A stretch of DNA of 32,000 nucleotides, taken from contig NC_010546.1 in NCBI RefSeq assembly GCF_000017845.1, forward strand, positions 4,710,001-4,742,000. Direction: 5' to 3'. Shown in pieces: positions 9,306 to 18,482 of the stretch (position 1 is the first letter of the stretch; each line of letters starts with the position of its first letter). The translations under genes were made by a program, and so were the position numbers. This DNA comes from Crocosphaera subtropica ATCC 51142 (GTDB lineage Bacteria; Cyanobacteriota; Cyanobacteriia; Cyanobacteriales; Microcystaceae). Under the pieces are notes generated by a model. It saw nothing but the letters and a program-made list of their open reading frames with translations, was not told the DNA's origin and did not search any database.

Positions 9306-9466
9306 GATTTTATTGATGCTCCTGTTCTTTTATTGTAGTGTTTATTTTTGATACGTTAGGCAATACTGATCTTATTAAATGTAAAAAATCTCTCTTGAAA
9401 TCAAGGGAGAAAATAATGATATTAAACATAAGTTGAACCACAATAATTATAGGAGAGCAATTAACT

Positions 9467-10375
9467 ATGTTAGAAGATTGGAAAAATTTAAGTAAATGGT
9501 TATCGAATCCTACTGTAGAAAAATTAATAGAAGTTGCTGTTGGTATTGTTGTAATTTGGATTTTATTGCGGTTATTACGTCGGTTTTTAGGACGTTATAT
9601 AAAAGATGCTGATATTCGTTATCGTACCCGTAAAGGAATTACCTTTATGGGTTATTTACTAATACTTTTATATACTGCTAGTGTATTTAGTAATAGTTTA
9701 GGTCAACTAACAGTTGTTTTTGGGGTTGTGGGTGCAGGAATTGCTTTTGCGATGCAAGAAATTATTGTTAGTTTTGCAGGTTGGATTGCTATTTCGTTCG
9801 GTCAATTTTATAAGCCAGGTGATAGGGTTTTATTAGGGGGTATTATGGGAGATGTAATCGATATTAGTATCTTGAGAACAACTTTAATGGAGTGTGGGGA
9901 CTGGGTTAAAGCGGATCTTTATAATGGGAGAATTGTTAGGATTGCTAATAGTTTTGTTTTTAAAGAACCTGTCTATAATTATTCAGGAGATTTCCCTTTT
10001 CTTTGGGATGAAATTAAGGTTCCTGTTAAATATGGGTCAGACTACAAATTAGCTAGACAGTTATTAGATAATGTGGTTCATGAGGTGGTAGGAGACTATG
10101 TTCATTTTGCTCAAGAAAAATGGGAAAAAATGGTGCGTAAATACTTAATTGAAGACGCAAGAATAGAGCCAATGGTGACATTAATTGCCAATGATAATTG
10201 GGTAGAATTTACAATTCGTTATGTGGTTGACTATAAGCTACGTCGAGCTAAGAAAGATGAACTTTTTATTAGAATCCTAGAAGAAATAGATAAAACTGAA
10301 GGCAAAATCAAGTTGGGTTCTGCTACTTTTGAATTAGTAGAAGCTCCTAATTTGAATGTTAATATTCAGCAATAA
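9467..10375 (+). CDS. mechanosensitive ion channel family protein (MscS-like, 302 aa)
   Basis: Pore-helix-like GVVGAGIAFAMQEIIVSFAGW is followed by a beta-domain motif PGDRVLLGGIMGDVIDISILRTTL. An AGGAG Shine-Dalgarno-like sequence precedes the ATG. Confidence 0.8.
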   Translation: MLEDWKNLSKWLSNPTVEKLIEVAVGIVVIWILLRLLRRFLGRYIKDADIRYRTRKGITFMGYLLILLYTASVFSNSLGQLTVVFGVVGAGIAFAMQEIIVSFAGWIAISFGQFYKPGDRVLLGGIMGDVIDISILRTTLMECGDWVKADLYNGRIVRIANSFVFKEPVYNYSGDFPFLWDEIKVPVKYGSDYKLARQLLDNVVHEVVGDYVHFAQEKWEKMVRKYLIEDARIEPMVTLIANDNWVEFTIRYVVDYKLRRAKKDELFIRILEEIDKTEGKIKLGSATFELVEAPNLNVNIQQ

Positions 10376-10519
10376 TTTTAAAATTTTTTCTATGTTTAGA
10401 TACTCAAACCCAAAAAAACAACTTTTATGAAAAATACAAACAGCATTTTCACTTAAATTAACCTAAAATGCTATAACAAAGAAAGTTGATGTAAATATAA
10501 CTATTATCTATTGTTGATT

Positions 10520-11740
10520 ATGATTAAAGTTCTTCATTTTTCAGATATTCATCTCGGTAGTGGATTTTCTCACGGAACAATTAACCCCAAAACAGGCTTA
10601 AACACCCGTTTAGAAGACTTTATTAATTGTTTAAGCTTATGTATTGATCGAGCAATTAATGAACCGGTTGACCTGGTTTTATTTGGGGGTGATGCCTTTC
10701 CTGATGCCACGCCTCCTCCTTATATTCAAGAAGCATTTGCTGCTCAATTTCGACGGTTAGCTGATGCTAATATTCCCACCATTTTATTAGTGGGAAATCA
10801 TGACCAACATTCTCAAGGAAACGGAGGAGCAAGTTTATGTATTTATCGCACCTTAGCAGTTCCTGGTTTTATTGTTGGGGATAACTTAATCACCCATAAA
10901 ATAAGCACAAAACATGGACAAATTCAAGTAATAACTTTACCCTGGTTAACTCGTTCTTCTTTGTTAACCAAATCAAAAACAGAAGGCTTATCCTTAGACG
11001 AAATTAATCAGTTATTAATTAAAGCACTAGAACCTGTTTTAGAAGAAGAAATCAGAAAACTCGATCCCAACCTTCCTACTATTTTGTTAGGTCATTTAAT
11101 GGTCAATCGGGCTAGATTTGGAGCAGAACAATTCTTAGCAGTGGGTCGAGGTTTTACCATTCCTATTTCTTTATTAATTCGTCCTGAAATTGATTATGTT
11201 GCTTTAGGCCATGTCCATAAACATCAAAATCTTAATCCTAATAATAATCCCCCTGTGATTTATCCAGGAAGTATAGAAAGGGTTGATTTTAGCGAAGAAA
11301 AAGAAGAAAAAGGTTATATTTTAATTAATCTCAAAAAAGGGGAAGTTAAGTGGCAGTTTTGTCCCTTGCCTGCTCGTCCTTTTCTTACAATAAAAGTTGA
11401 TATTTCTCAAGCAGATGATCCTCAAACTGCCCTAGTGAAAGCCATTGAAAAAAAGACCATTGATAATACAGTGGTAAGGGTTAATTATCAGATTCGTTCA
11501 GAACAATTAGAACTTATCAATAACAGTGTCATTCATGACGCTTTAAAAGCTGCCCATAGTTATACTATTCGACCTGAAATTATTAGTCAATTATCTCGTC
11601 CCCGTTTACCAGAATTAGGAATAGGAAAAAGTTTAGATCCCATCGAAGCATTGAAAACCTATCTTGATAATCAAGAGGATATTAAAGATATTAAAGAGGA
11701 TATGTTAGAAGCAGCACAGTTATTATTAAATGAAAGATAA
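10520..11740 (+). CDS. sbcD: exonuclease SbcD / Mre11-family nuclease subunit
   Basis: Calcineurin-like phosphoesterase motifs are present: LHFSDIHLG, GGDAFPD, VGNHD, GHLMV and LGHVHK. I place the start at ATG 10520 (MIKVLHFSDIHLG) rather than the TTG at 10511. Confidence 0.85.
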   Translation: MIKVLHFSDIHLGSGFSHGTINPKTGLNTRLEDFINCLSLCIDRAINEPVDLVLFGGDAFPDATPPPYIQEAFAAQFRRLADANIPTILLVGNHDQHSQGNGGASLCIYRTLAVPGFIVGDNLITHKISTKHGQIQVITLPWLTRSSLLTKSKTEGLSLDEINQLLIKALEPVLEEEIRKLDPNLPTILLGHLMVNRARFGAEQFLAVGRGFTIPISLLIRPEIDYVALGHVHKHQNLNPNNNPPVIYPGSIERVDFSEEKEEKGYILINLKKGEVKWQFCPLPARPFLTIKVDISQADDPQTALVKAIEKKTIDNTVVRVNYQIRSEQLELINNSVIHDALKAAHSYTIRPEIISQLSRPRLPELGIGKSLDPIEALKTYLDNQEDIKDIKEDMLEAAQLLLNER

Positions 11741-11774
11741 TTTCTAGTTTTAATTCTATTAAAAATTACATCAA

Positions 11775-11794
11775 ACCCGCCTAAATCGGCGGGT
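11775..11794. terminator. hairpin between convergent sbcD and the TPR gene
   Basis: ACCCGCC (11775-11781), loop TAAATC, GGCGGGT (11788-11794). On the minus strand it is followed by TTGATGTAATTTTT. There is no T tract on the plus strand. Confidence 0.35.
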
Positions 11795-11818
11795 AAATGA
11801 TCGGTGAAGCAAATCACG

Positions 11819-12358
11819 TTATTTTGATGAAACTAAGCGTTTCTTTAATAATTCAGCCCGACGTTTAGCCACTTTATTATTTTCATCAATTTTTAAAGTT
11901 TCTTCGTAAGTTTCTATGGCTTTGGCAATCATTTGCTTTTTCTCATAAGCATTAGCCAAATTATTGAGGGCGATCGCATACTCAGGATAGAGTTTAATGG
12001 CATCTTTGTAATTACGAATAGCGAGATCAACTTGTTCTTGAGAAAAATAAGCAAATCCCAGGGCATTGTACATTAGGGCTTTATTTTCGGCTTCTATGTT
12101 CTCCCCAGTTTTGAACCCTTTTTGTAAAAGATTAACCGCTTGAACATATAATTTTTTATCAAGAAATAGACTGGCTAATTCATAATACTCCTCAGCCTTC
12201 CCTTTTTCGTTTTGTAGTTTTTTCTGCAATTTATAAAACCGATTTTCTGTACGACGGGTCTTAATAATTTGTAAGAGGAGAAAAATGGCAAGTCCTCCTA
12301 AAAAAATAACAATCCCTGATAAATAAATAATTGGTAATATTTCGTTCATCGTTCCCAT
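11819..12358 (-). CDS. TPR-repeat protein with N-terminal membrane anchor (179 aa)
   Basis: N-terminal hydrophobic helix ILPIIYLSGIVIFLGGLAIFLLLQII. TPR-like repeats follow (YYELASLFLDKKLYVQAVNLLQK, YNALGFAYFSQEQVDLAIRNYKDAIKLYPEYAIALNNLANAYEK). Confidence 0.75.
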   Translation of the reverse strand: MGTMNEILPIIYLSGIVIFLGGLAIFLLLQIIKTRRTENRFYKLQKKLQNEKGKAEEYYELASLFLDKKLYVQAVNLLQKGFKTGENIEAENKALMYNALGFAYFSQEQVDLAIRNYKDAIKLYPEYAIALNNLANAYEKKQMIAKAIETYEETLKIDENNKVAKRRAELLKKRLVSSK

Positions 12359-12485
12359 CCCTAGTGTGTAGTTATGTGTTGTTGTTGGGACTGTTGATCG
12401 GAGTTGCTTTCCCGGTCAGCCATCCTAAAATCTGCTAATAGGTCGTGTCTTGAGCTAAATGAGCAGAATAGGACTTCTCACTTCC

Positions 12486-13268
12486 TCAAGGAAGCCCCCA
12501 ATACTTCAGGCGGTTAGCTAACCAACCCGACGCTTTCCAGCGACCAATGGCTTCATTAACACGACTCCGTAAACTAGCATACTGCAATCCTTTAGGCATC
12601 ACCACCCCTAACCCTTCCCCTGATAGACGCACGGGAAGTTGGTAATATTGGGGGTATGCTTGCACCCAACCTGCTAAAACACTATTATCAGCAGCAAAAG
12701 CATCCACTTGTTCTGTTTCGAGTAAAGTCAAGGCTTCTTGATAGGAATTAACCCCAATGAGTTCAGCTTGGGGAAGTTCAGCCCGAATAACGGCAATGGT
12801 ACTCGATCGCTTTAAGAGGGCAATTTTTCCCTGGGAGAGATGATCTACAGCCCGAATGCGAGGATTATTAGTAATGATACCTGTGCCATCTAAATAATAG
12901 TAGGGGCTAAAATTAACTAAGCGTCCACGAGAACTATTGATAGTAATACGGGCGATGGCCAGATCCACTTCTCCATCAATCACTTTTTGCAGACGTTCTT
13001 GATTTTGGACAGGTTGTAAAATGATCGCTTGAGGATCGCCTAAAATATCTTGAGCTAATTGTTTGGCAAGGTCAATTTCCAATCCTTGTAATTGATTATT
13101 TTGGTTACGAAACCCTAAAGGACGCACATTATCCTTAACCGCAACAATTAACTTCCCTCGCTGTTTGATTTCTTCTAAGGTAGCAGCGATCAGATTACTA
13201 TTGCCTAAGTTGAAAATAACACCAATTATCAACATTGAAACCAATTTTCTTGTTAAAGCATTAAGCAT
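12486..13268 (-). CDS. periplasmic amino-acid-type substrate-binding protein (SBP family 3)
   Basis: It has a signal-like N-terminus. Blocks typical of polar amino-acid binding proteins are present: LIVAVKDNVRPLGF, GLEIDLAKQLA, VDLAIARITINSSR, VNFSPYY. Its start lies 23 nt downstream of the REC-GGDEF gene stop. Confidence 0.85.
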   Translation of the reverse strand: MLNALTRKLVSMLIIGVIFNLGNSNLIAATLEEIKQRGKLIVAVKDNVRPLGFRNQNNQLQGLEIDLAKQLAQDILGDPQAIILQPVQNQERLQKVIDGEVDLAIARITINSSRGRLVNFSPYYYLDGTGIITNNPRIRAVDHLSQGKIALLKRSSTIAVIRAELPQAELIGVNSYQEALTLLETEQVDAFAADNSVLAGWVQAYPQYYQLPVRLSGEGLGVVMPKGLQYASLRSRVNEAIGRWKASGWLANRLKYWGLP

Positions 13269-13291
13269 TGTAGTAACTGATTAAGAACAAA

Positions 13292-14299
13292 TTATTGACT
13301 GACTTTTAACTGTTCGTTGTGCATAATAGCAACTCGATTTCTTCCGTTTTCTTTAGCCGCAAAAAGAGCTAAATCTGCCCGTTTAAGAATATCTTCCATT
13401 TTTTGATCTTTACTGTCATAAGTAGCGATACCAATACTAACGGTAATGCTAACAGTTTTATCTTCTACCTGTAAAGTTTCTTTTGTCATGGCTTCACAAA
13501 CCCGTTGGGCTGCTTTATATGCCCCTTTTAAATTAGTATGGGGTAAAATAACCACAAATTCTTCTCCCCCTAATCTTCCTAAATGACCTTTTTTAGCGAG
13601 GGCTTCTTCTTCTGTTTCTAATCGTCCAATATAATCTACTTTTCTCAGACAATTTAGGGTAATTTTGACCATCATTTTTAGGGCTTCATCCCCTATATCA
13701 TGACCATAGGTATCATTAATAGTTTTGAATTTATCAACATCGATGATCAATAAAGAAAAGGAAGAATTATACCGTTGACTTCGTTCAAATTCTTGTTTAC
13801 CCAGGCTAAAAATTGAGCGACGGTTAGGAATTCCTGTTAATTCGTCAGTGGCAGCGATTCGTTTCATTTCTTCATAAGCTTTTTTGAGTTCATCTTTGGT
13901 TCTTTTTAGGTCTAAATGGGTTTTAATTCGGGCTAGAAGTTCAGGGGTTTTAAAGGGTTTGGTTACATAATCAACTGCCCCAGATTCAAACGCCTCGATT
14001 AGATAATTAGTTTCAGTGGCAGCCGTTAAAAAAATGACAGGGATTTGCTCAGTTTTTGCATTTTTTTTAAGTTGTTTACACACTTCTAAGCCATTCATTT
14101 CTGGCATCATTAAATCTAATAAAATCAAGTCGGGTTCTGTTACTTTTGCCCTTTCTAAAGCTTGTTTCCCTGAAATCGCAAAAGTTGTTCCGTAACCCGA
14201 TGTATCGAGAATTTCGATCAATAATTGTAAATTTTTACGAATATCATCTACAACCAAAATTAAAAAATCTTCAGGCTTAAAAGGGTCTAAATTTTTCAT
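13292..14299 (-). CDS. response regulator with GGDEF output domain (diguanylate cyclase, GGEEF motif)
   Basis: REC domain motifs are ILVVDD, DLILLDLMMPEMNG and phospho-acceptor-context VTKPF. The GGDEF domain shows DELTGIPNRR, LLIIDVDKFKTINDTYGH, RLGGEEFVVILP and GRNRV. Confidence 0.9.
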   Translation of the reverse strand: MKNLDPFKPEDFLILVVDDIRKNLQLLIEILDTSGYGTTFAISGKQALERAKVTEPDLILLDLMMPEMNGLEVCKQLKKNAKTEQIPVIFLTAATETNYLIEAFESGAVDYVTKPFKTPELLARIKTHLDLKRTKDELKKAYEEMKRIAATDELTGIPNRRSIFSLGKQEFERSQRYNSSFSLLIIDVDKFKTINDTYGHDIGDEALKMMVKITLNCLRKVDYIGRLETEEEALAKKGHLGRLGGEEFVVILPHTNLKGAYKAAQRVCEAMTKETLQVEDKTVSITVSIGIATYDSKDQKMEDILKRADLALFAAKENGRNRVAIMHNEQLKVSQ

Positions 14300-14337
14300 T
14301 TTTTTAGAGAATTAAGGAACAACAGTGAATTAAATGT

Positions 14338-17300
14338 TTATTGTAGCGATCGCACTATATCAGGAAAAGTCTCTAAGGTTTTGACTAAGTTTTCACTATC
14401 ACATTCTTGTCGCTGGATTTCTAGACGATTTCCATAGTCAATCAGGGTTGGACAATGATAGTCTTGTCCCCATTGTTGTAAGCATTGAGCAAATTGACGT
14501 AACTCTTGAGTAATCATGGTCTTCCGCAAAGAAAACCATACTTTTTCCTCGATCTGGTAGAGTTTCTCTAATAATTCGGGAGGGATTGAAGTACGTCCTA
14601 GGGGTAAGCTAGGAAGATGATCTTCAGAGATGGTGGTTAGGGGTTGAATATTTTCACAGGGAAAAAGTTCTTGTAAGGTTAATAAAAGTTGAACCCGACT
14701 GACAGGTTTAATCAAAAAAACTTGACAAATTTTTTTGAATTTTTCTTTTTCTTTATCTTGGGCAGAAGCCGTTAACATCACAATCGGAATGTGTTGTGTT
14801 TTGGGTTGCTGTTTGATGATTTTACTGGCTTCATAACCATCCATATTAGGCATTCTCAAATCCATTAAAATGAGATCAATTGGATAGATTTTGACTTTTT
14901 CTAGGGCTTGTTGGCCATCATTAGCGACTAATAGGCTATGGTGAGTATCTGCAAAATAACCGATTAATAAGTCTCGATTGGAAGCCACATCATCGACGAC
15001 TAAAATAGTCAAGGGGGAAATTTGATTGAAATTGATATTAACAGCTTCTTTACGAGGCATTATATTTTTACTGTCTCCAATAGTAACTTTAGGAAAAGAC
15101 ACGGTAAAGATACTACCTTTACCCAGTTCACTCTCTAAGTCAATTATTCCCTTTAACATCTCGGTTAAGCGATTAGTAATGGTTAGTCCTAGCCCCGTTC
15201 CGCCATATTTTCGATTACTTTGTCCTTCGCTTTGGGTAAAGACATCAAAAACCCTTTTTCGTTGGTCTAGGGCGATGCCAATTCCTGTATCCTCTATGGA
15301 AATTTCTAGAGAACAATAGCTAGGGTGATGATTTTTATCAGACGGTAACAATTGACTTTTAACACTAATTTTTACATAACCTTTTTCAGTAAATTTTAAG
15401 GCATTTCCCACTAAATTAAAGAGAATTTGTCTGAGTCTAACTTCATCAAAGACAATAACATCAGGAACTTGGTTGTTAATATTAACTAATAACTCTATAT
15501 TTTTTTCTTTAGCTGTTTCTACAAACATTTGCTTGATTTCAAAAATCAATCCTCTTAAATCAATCGGTTCATGAATAATTTCTATTTTTCCTGATTCAAT
15601 TTTTGATAAATCTAAAATATCATTAATCAGAGATAATAACATTTTCCCCCCAGAAGCAACAGATTCAAGATAATGACGGGAACGTTCATCGGTAATTCTC
15701 TTATCGAGTAAGTCACAAAATCCTAAAATTGCATTCATAGGAGTTCTGATTTCGTGACTCATATTAGCTAAGAATTCACTCTTGGCGTTATTAGCAACTT
15801 CTGCGATTTCTTTTGCTTTTTTCAAGGCTTCTTGGGCTACTTTTTTTTCTGTAATATCGGTAATGGTTCCCACTAAACGGTAGGGTTGACCTTGTTGATC
15901 TTGAATACATTTTCCTTTAGTTTCAATCCAAAGATAATGACCATCACGGTGTCGAATCCGATGGATATTTTCGTAAATTTTTGTATTACCTTGTAAATGA
16001 TTTTGTACATCTTTCATCACTTGCTCCAAATCATCAGAATGAACGTTATCTGACCAGGTAGATAAAAGATTAGGTAAAGGTTTATTTTCATAACCTAAAA
16101 TTTTCATCCATACAGGAGAATAATAAACCGTATCATTTCTTAAATCCCAATCCCAGATACCATCATTTGTCCCTGATACAGCTAAATCATAACGTCTTTC
16201 TCGTTCTCTTAATTCTTGTTCAATGATTTGTTTTTCAATAATTTCTTGAGTCAAATTTTCGTTTAATTTTAGTAATTCTTCTGTTCTCATTTCCACAATA
16301 TTTTCTAGATCCTGCTGATGTTTTTTTATAGATTGAAATTGATCCTTAAGAATTTTTCTCATCAAATCAAAGTTATTAGTAAGTTGAACTAACTCATTGA
16401 TTTTCATGATAGGTAAAGATTCTTCTTGTTCCCCTTGTAAAATTTTATGAGGTAAATCTTCGGTAACTTGAGCTAAGTTTTTCAGAGGATCACTAATAAA
16501 GCGGCTAATAAAAAAGGCTAACAATAAGCCCATTAACGAAATTGAAAACATCACTGCTAAATTTTTGATATAAAGTTGTTCTAAATAATCAAAATGTTTA
16601 GCTGTTTTGATTCTTACTATTAAAGACCAAGGTAAAGTGGGGTAAAGATTAATTTCTTTAACATAAAATGAATTACGCCAACGGGTCATAATAGGCGTTC
16701 CTGGCGCAATGGGAAGCCACTGAAAAATATTATTATGGCCAGGACTATTATGAATTTCTCCCCCCTCTTTCCAGTCAAATACGTTTAAAGGGGTGAGGGT
16801 TTCTTGACTATCAGCAATGATACGATTTTCTTGATCTAGTAAAATAGTTTGTAGGTCAAATTGGTCTAATGGAAGGTTGACTAATTGAGAAAGGCTGCTT
16901 AATTTCAGAGAACCATAAATGACACCCAGAAAACTATTATTTGAGAGATTAACAATAGGAACTTGAATGCCAATATGAGGCGTAGGGATTGCTTTATCGC
17001 TATGTACTTTAGTTATAAGGGGTTTTCTGGTAATTGCTAATTTTTCTAAGAAAATCAATTCATCAATTTTCGTTCCCCGTAAGGTTTTCCCTAATTTATT
17101 GGTTGTCGGATAAGCGTGTAAAATAACACCTTGCTTATCGGTGATGTAAATTTTTATAAAAGCAGGTAACGCATTTTTAATTAATAGTAAGGCTTCCGTT
17201 GGTTCTAATGCTGGTGACTCAGACAACGTTAAAGCCAAGGCTTCAAGTCCTTGGAAATTTTGTTCGTACCAACTGTTAACGTTTTTGGTAATTGCAATGC

Positions 17301-17925
17301 TAATAGTGTCAATTTCTGCTTGAATTTCTGCTTCAATAAACTTAAGACTTTCTCTACCCTGTAGCACTGTTAAAAGGAGACTCGGAAACAAAATAAATGC
17401 TAATAGGAAATTGAAGAGAGTTTGTTTGAGAGAAAGAAAAGGTTTTGATTTTTGAGGATGAATTAAATGATCAAGAGGAATATAGGAAACAAAAAAATTA
17501 GCAATCAGGGCGTTAAAAATAGCATTCAGTCCCTGTTTTAAAGCAATTAATAGGGTTCCTGATGCGGACACGGGTAAAATAAACCCATAACATAGCCCCA
17601 CTAGAGGCATTCCTAAGAATACCCAATAAATAGCATCGAGGAGAACAAAATTACGATAACGACGGGATAATAAGCCAATAAATACTGCTTCTAGGGTCAC
17701 AATAATCATGGCATAAGGATGACCCCACAGGTAATAAGTAATACTCCCTGCAAGCATCCCGGCAAAAGTTCCCCAAAAAATGCCGTAATAATAAACAACA
17801 ATTAAAACAGCAATACTACCAAAGAGGAAATCCACTCCAAAAAAGAGGGGCAACTTGAAATAGTTACCTAATACCCCAACCAATAATAATAGGGCGAGAA
17901 TACCAAAATATCGAAGATTCCCCAT
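14338..17925 (-). CDS. hybrid sensor histidine kinase (polytopic N-terminal membrane domain, extracytoplasmic sensor region, HAMP/coiled coil, PAS, HisKA, HATPase, REC, C-terminal helical tail)
   Basis: About six N-terminal hydrophobic helices are followed by a ~260-aa loop, a TM segment, and then a PAS domain (YDLAVSGTNDGIWDWDL...YLWIETKG). The H-box is SHEIRTPMNAILGF, the N box LVGNALKFT, and the G boxes DTGIGI and GGTGLGL. The receiver domain shows ILVVDD...LILMDLRMPNMDG...IKP. The stop lies 38 nt upstream of the REC-GGDEF gene. Confidence 0.9.
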   Translation of the reverse strand: MGNLRYFGILALLLLVGVLGNYFKLPLFFGVDFLFGSIAVLIVVYYYGIFWGTFAGMLAGSITYYLWGHPYAMIIVTLEAVFIGLLSRRYRNFVLLDAIYWVFLGMPLVGLCYGFILPVSASGTLLIALKQGLNAIFNALIANFFVSYIPLDHLIHPQKSKPFLSLKQTLFNFLLAFILFPSLLLTVLQGRESLKFIEAEIQAEIDTISIAITKNVNSWYEQNFQGLEALALTLSESPALEPTEALLLIKNALPAFIKIYITDKQGVILHAYPTTNKLGKTLRGTKIDELIFLEKLAITRKPLITKVHSDKAIPTPHIGIQVPIVNLSNNSFLGVIYGSLKLSSLSQLVNLPLDQFDLQTILLDQENRIIADSQETLTPLNVFDWKEGGEIHNSPGHNNIFQWLPIAPGTPIMTRWRNSFYVKEINLYPTLPWSLIVRIKTAKHFDYLEQLYIKNLAVMFSISLMGLLLAFFISRFISDPLKNLAQVTEDLPHKILQGEQEESLPIMKINELVQLTNNFDLMRKILKDQFQSIKKHQQDLENIVEMRTEELLKLNENLTQEIIEKQIIEQELRERERRYDLAVSGTNDGIWDWDLRNDTVYYSPVWMKILGYENKPLPNLLSTWSDNVHSDDLEQVMKDVQNHLQGNTKIYENIHRIRHRDGHYLWIETKGKCIQDQQGQPYRLVGTITDITEKKVAQEALKKAKEIAEVANNAKSEFLANMSHEIRTPMNAILGFCDLLDKRITDERSRHYLESVASGGKMLLSLINDILDLSKIESGKIEIIHEPIDLRGLIFEIKQMFVETAKEKNIELLVNINNQVPDVIVFDEVRLRQILFNLVGNALKFTEKGYVKISVKSQLLPSDKNHHPSYCSLEISIEDTGIGIALDQRKRVFDVFTQSEGQSNRKYGGTGLGLTITNRLTEMLKGIIDLESELGKGSIFTVSFPKVTIGDSKNIMPRKEAVNINFNQISPLTILVVDDVASNRDLLIGYFADTHHSLLVANDGQQALEKVKIYPIDLILMDLRMPNMDGYEASKIIKQQPKTQHIPIVMLTASAQDKEKEKFKKICQVFLIKPVSRVQLLLTLQELFPCENIQPLTTISEDHLPSLPLGRTSIPPELLEKLYQIEEKVWFSLRKTMITQELRQFAQCLQQWGQDYHCPTLIDYGNRLEIQRQECDSENLVKTLETFPDIVRSLQ

Positions 17926-18003
17926 TCATCCTTTTCGTCAAAGACTCTAATTCTCTATTTTAGCAATTGATGAGGAATGGAGGAAAATGAAGCAGTTTCT
18001 TCT

Positions 18004-18375
18004 TTAATGGTGATGCTGATGATTCTGATGATTGTGATCGTTTTGATGATTGCTATGATCGTGGGGTTCTGAGCGAATTTCTACCGGTCCAACTTGCCAT
18101 CTGCCTAAGTTGACCAGAGACATGGTTTCTAGGCCGACAGAAACCACACCCATACTCACTAACCCAGTAGCGATCGTTCCCATAGCCACACTCCCAAAAG
18201 AAATGAAACCCATCGGCACAATACCAATAGCAACAATTCCCATCGGTGCAACCCCAATGGCAATATAGCCAGTCGGCGTAATGCCAACAGAAATCAGTTT
18301 CCTTTTCTTCGGCTGACTACATTCTCCTGTAGCTTGTATATCGATCAATTTTTCGGATTGTAATCTAGATGCCAT
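18004..18375 (-). CDS. small membrane protein with 10-residue Gly/Pro-Met-Gly repeats and a His-rich C-terminal tail (123 aa)
   Basis: Period-10 repeats read ISVGITPTGY / IAIGVAPMGI / VAIGIVPMGF / ISFGSVAMGT / IATGLVSMGV / VSVGLETMSL. The tail is HDHSNHQNDHNHQNHQHHH. No competing ORF exists. Confidence 0.6.
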   Translation of the reverse strand: MASRLQSEKLIDIQATGECSQPKKRKLISVGITPTGYIAIGVAPMGIVAIGIVPMGFISFGSVAMGTIATGLVSMGVVSVGLETMSLVNLGRWQVGPVEIRSEPHDHSNHQNDHNHQNHQHHH

Positions 18376-18482
18376 GATGTCTTGAGATAAAAGGCTTTTT
18401 GAGGCTTCTATTGTACTGATGAGTCTTATTATTCGTCAAAAGACAGCCTGTCAAAGTTGCTGATTTGTTTTCAGAGTAAAGT

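Noticed and set aside
10511-10519. TTG start for sbcD
   Set aside because: The ATG at 10520 gives the canonical MIKVLHFSDIHLG N-terminus, so the TTG extension is unnecessary.
15026-15319. 97-aa plus-strand ORF
   Set aside because: It is embedded antisense in the HATPase region of the histidine kinase gene, so it is a shadow ORF.
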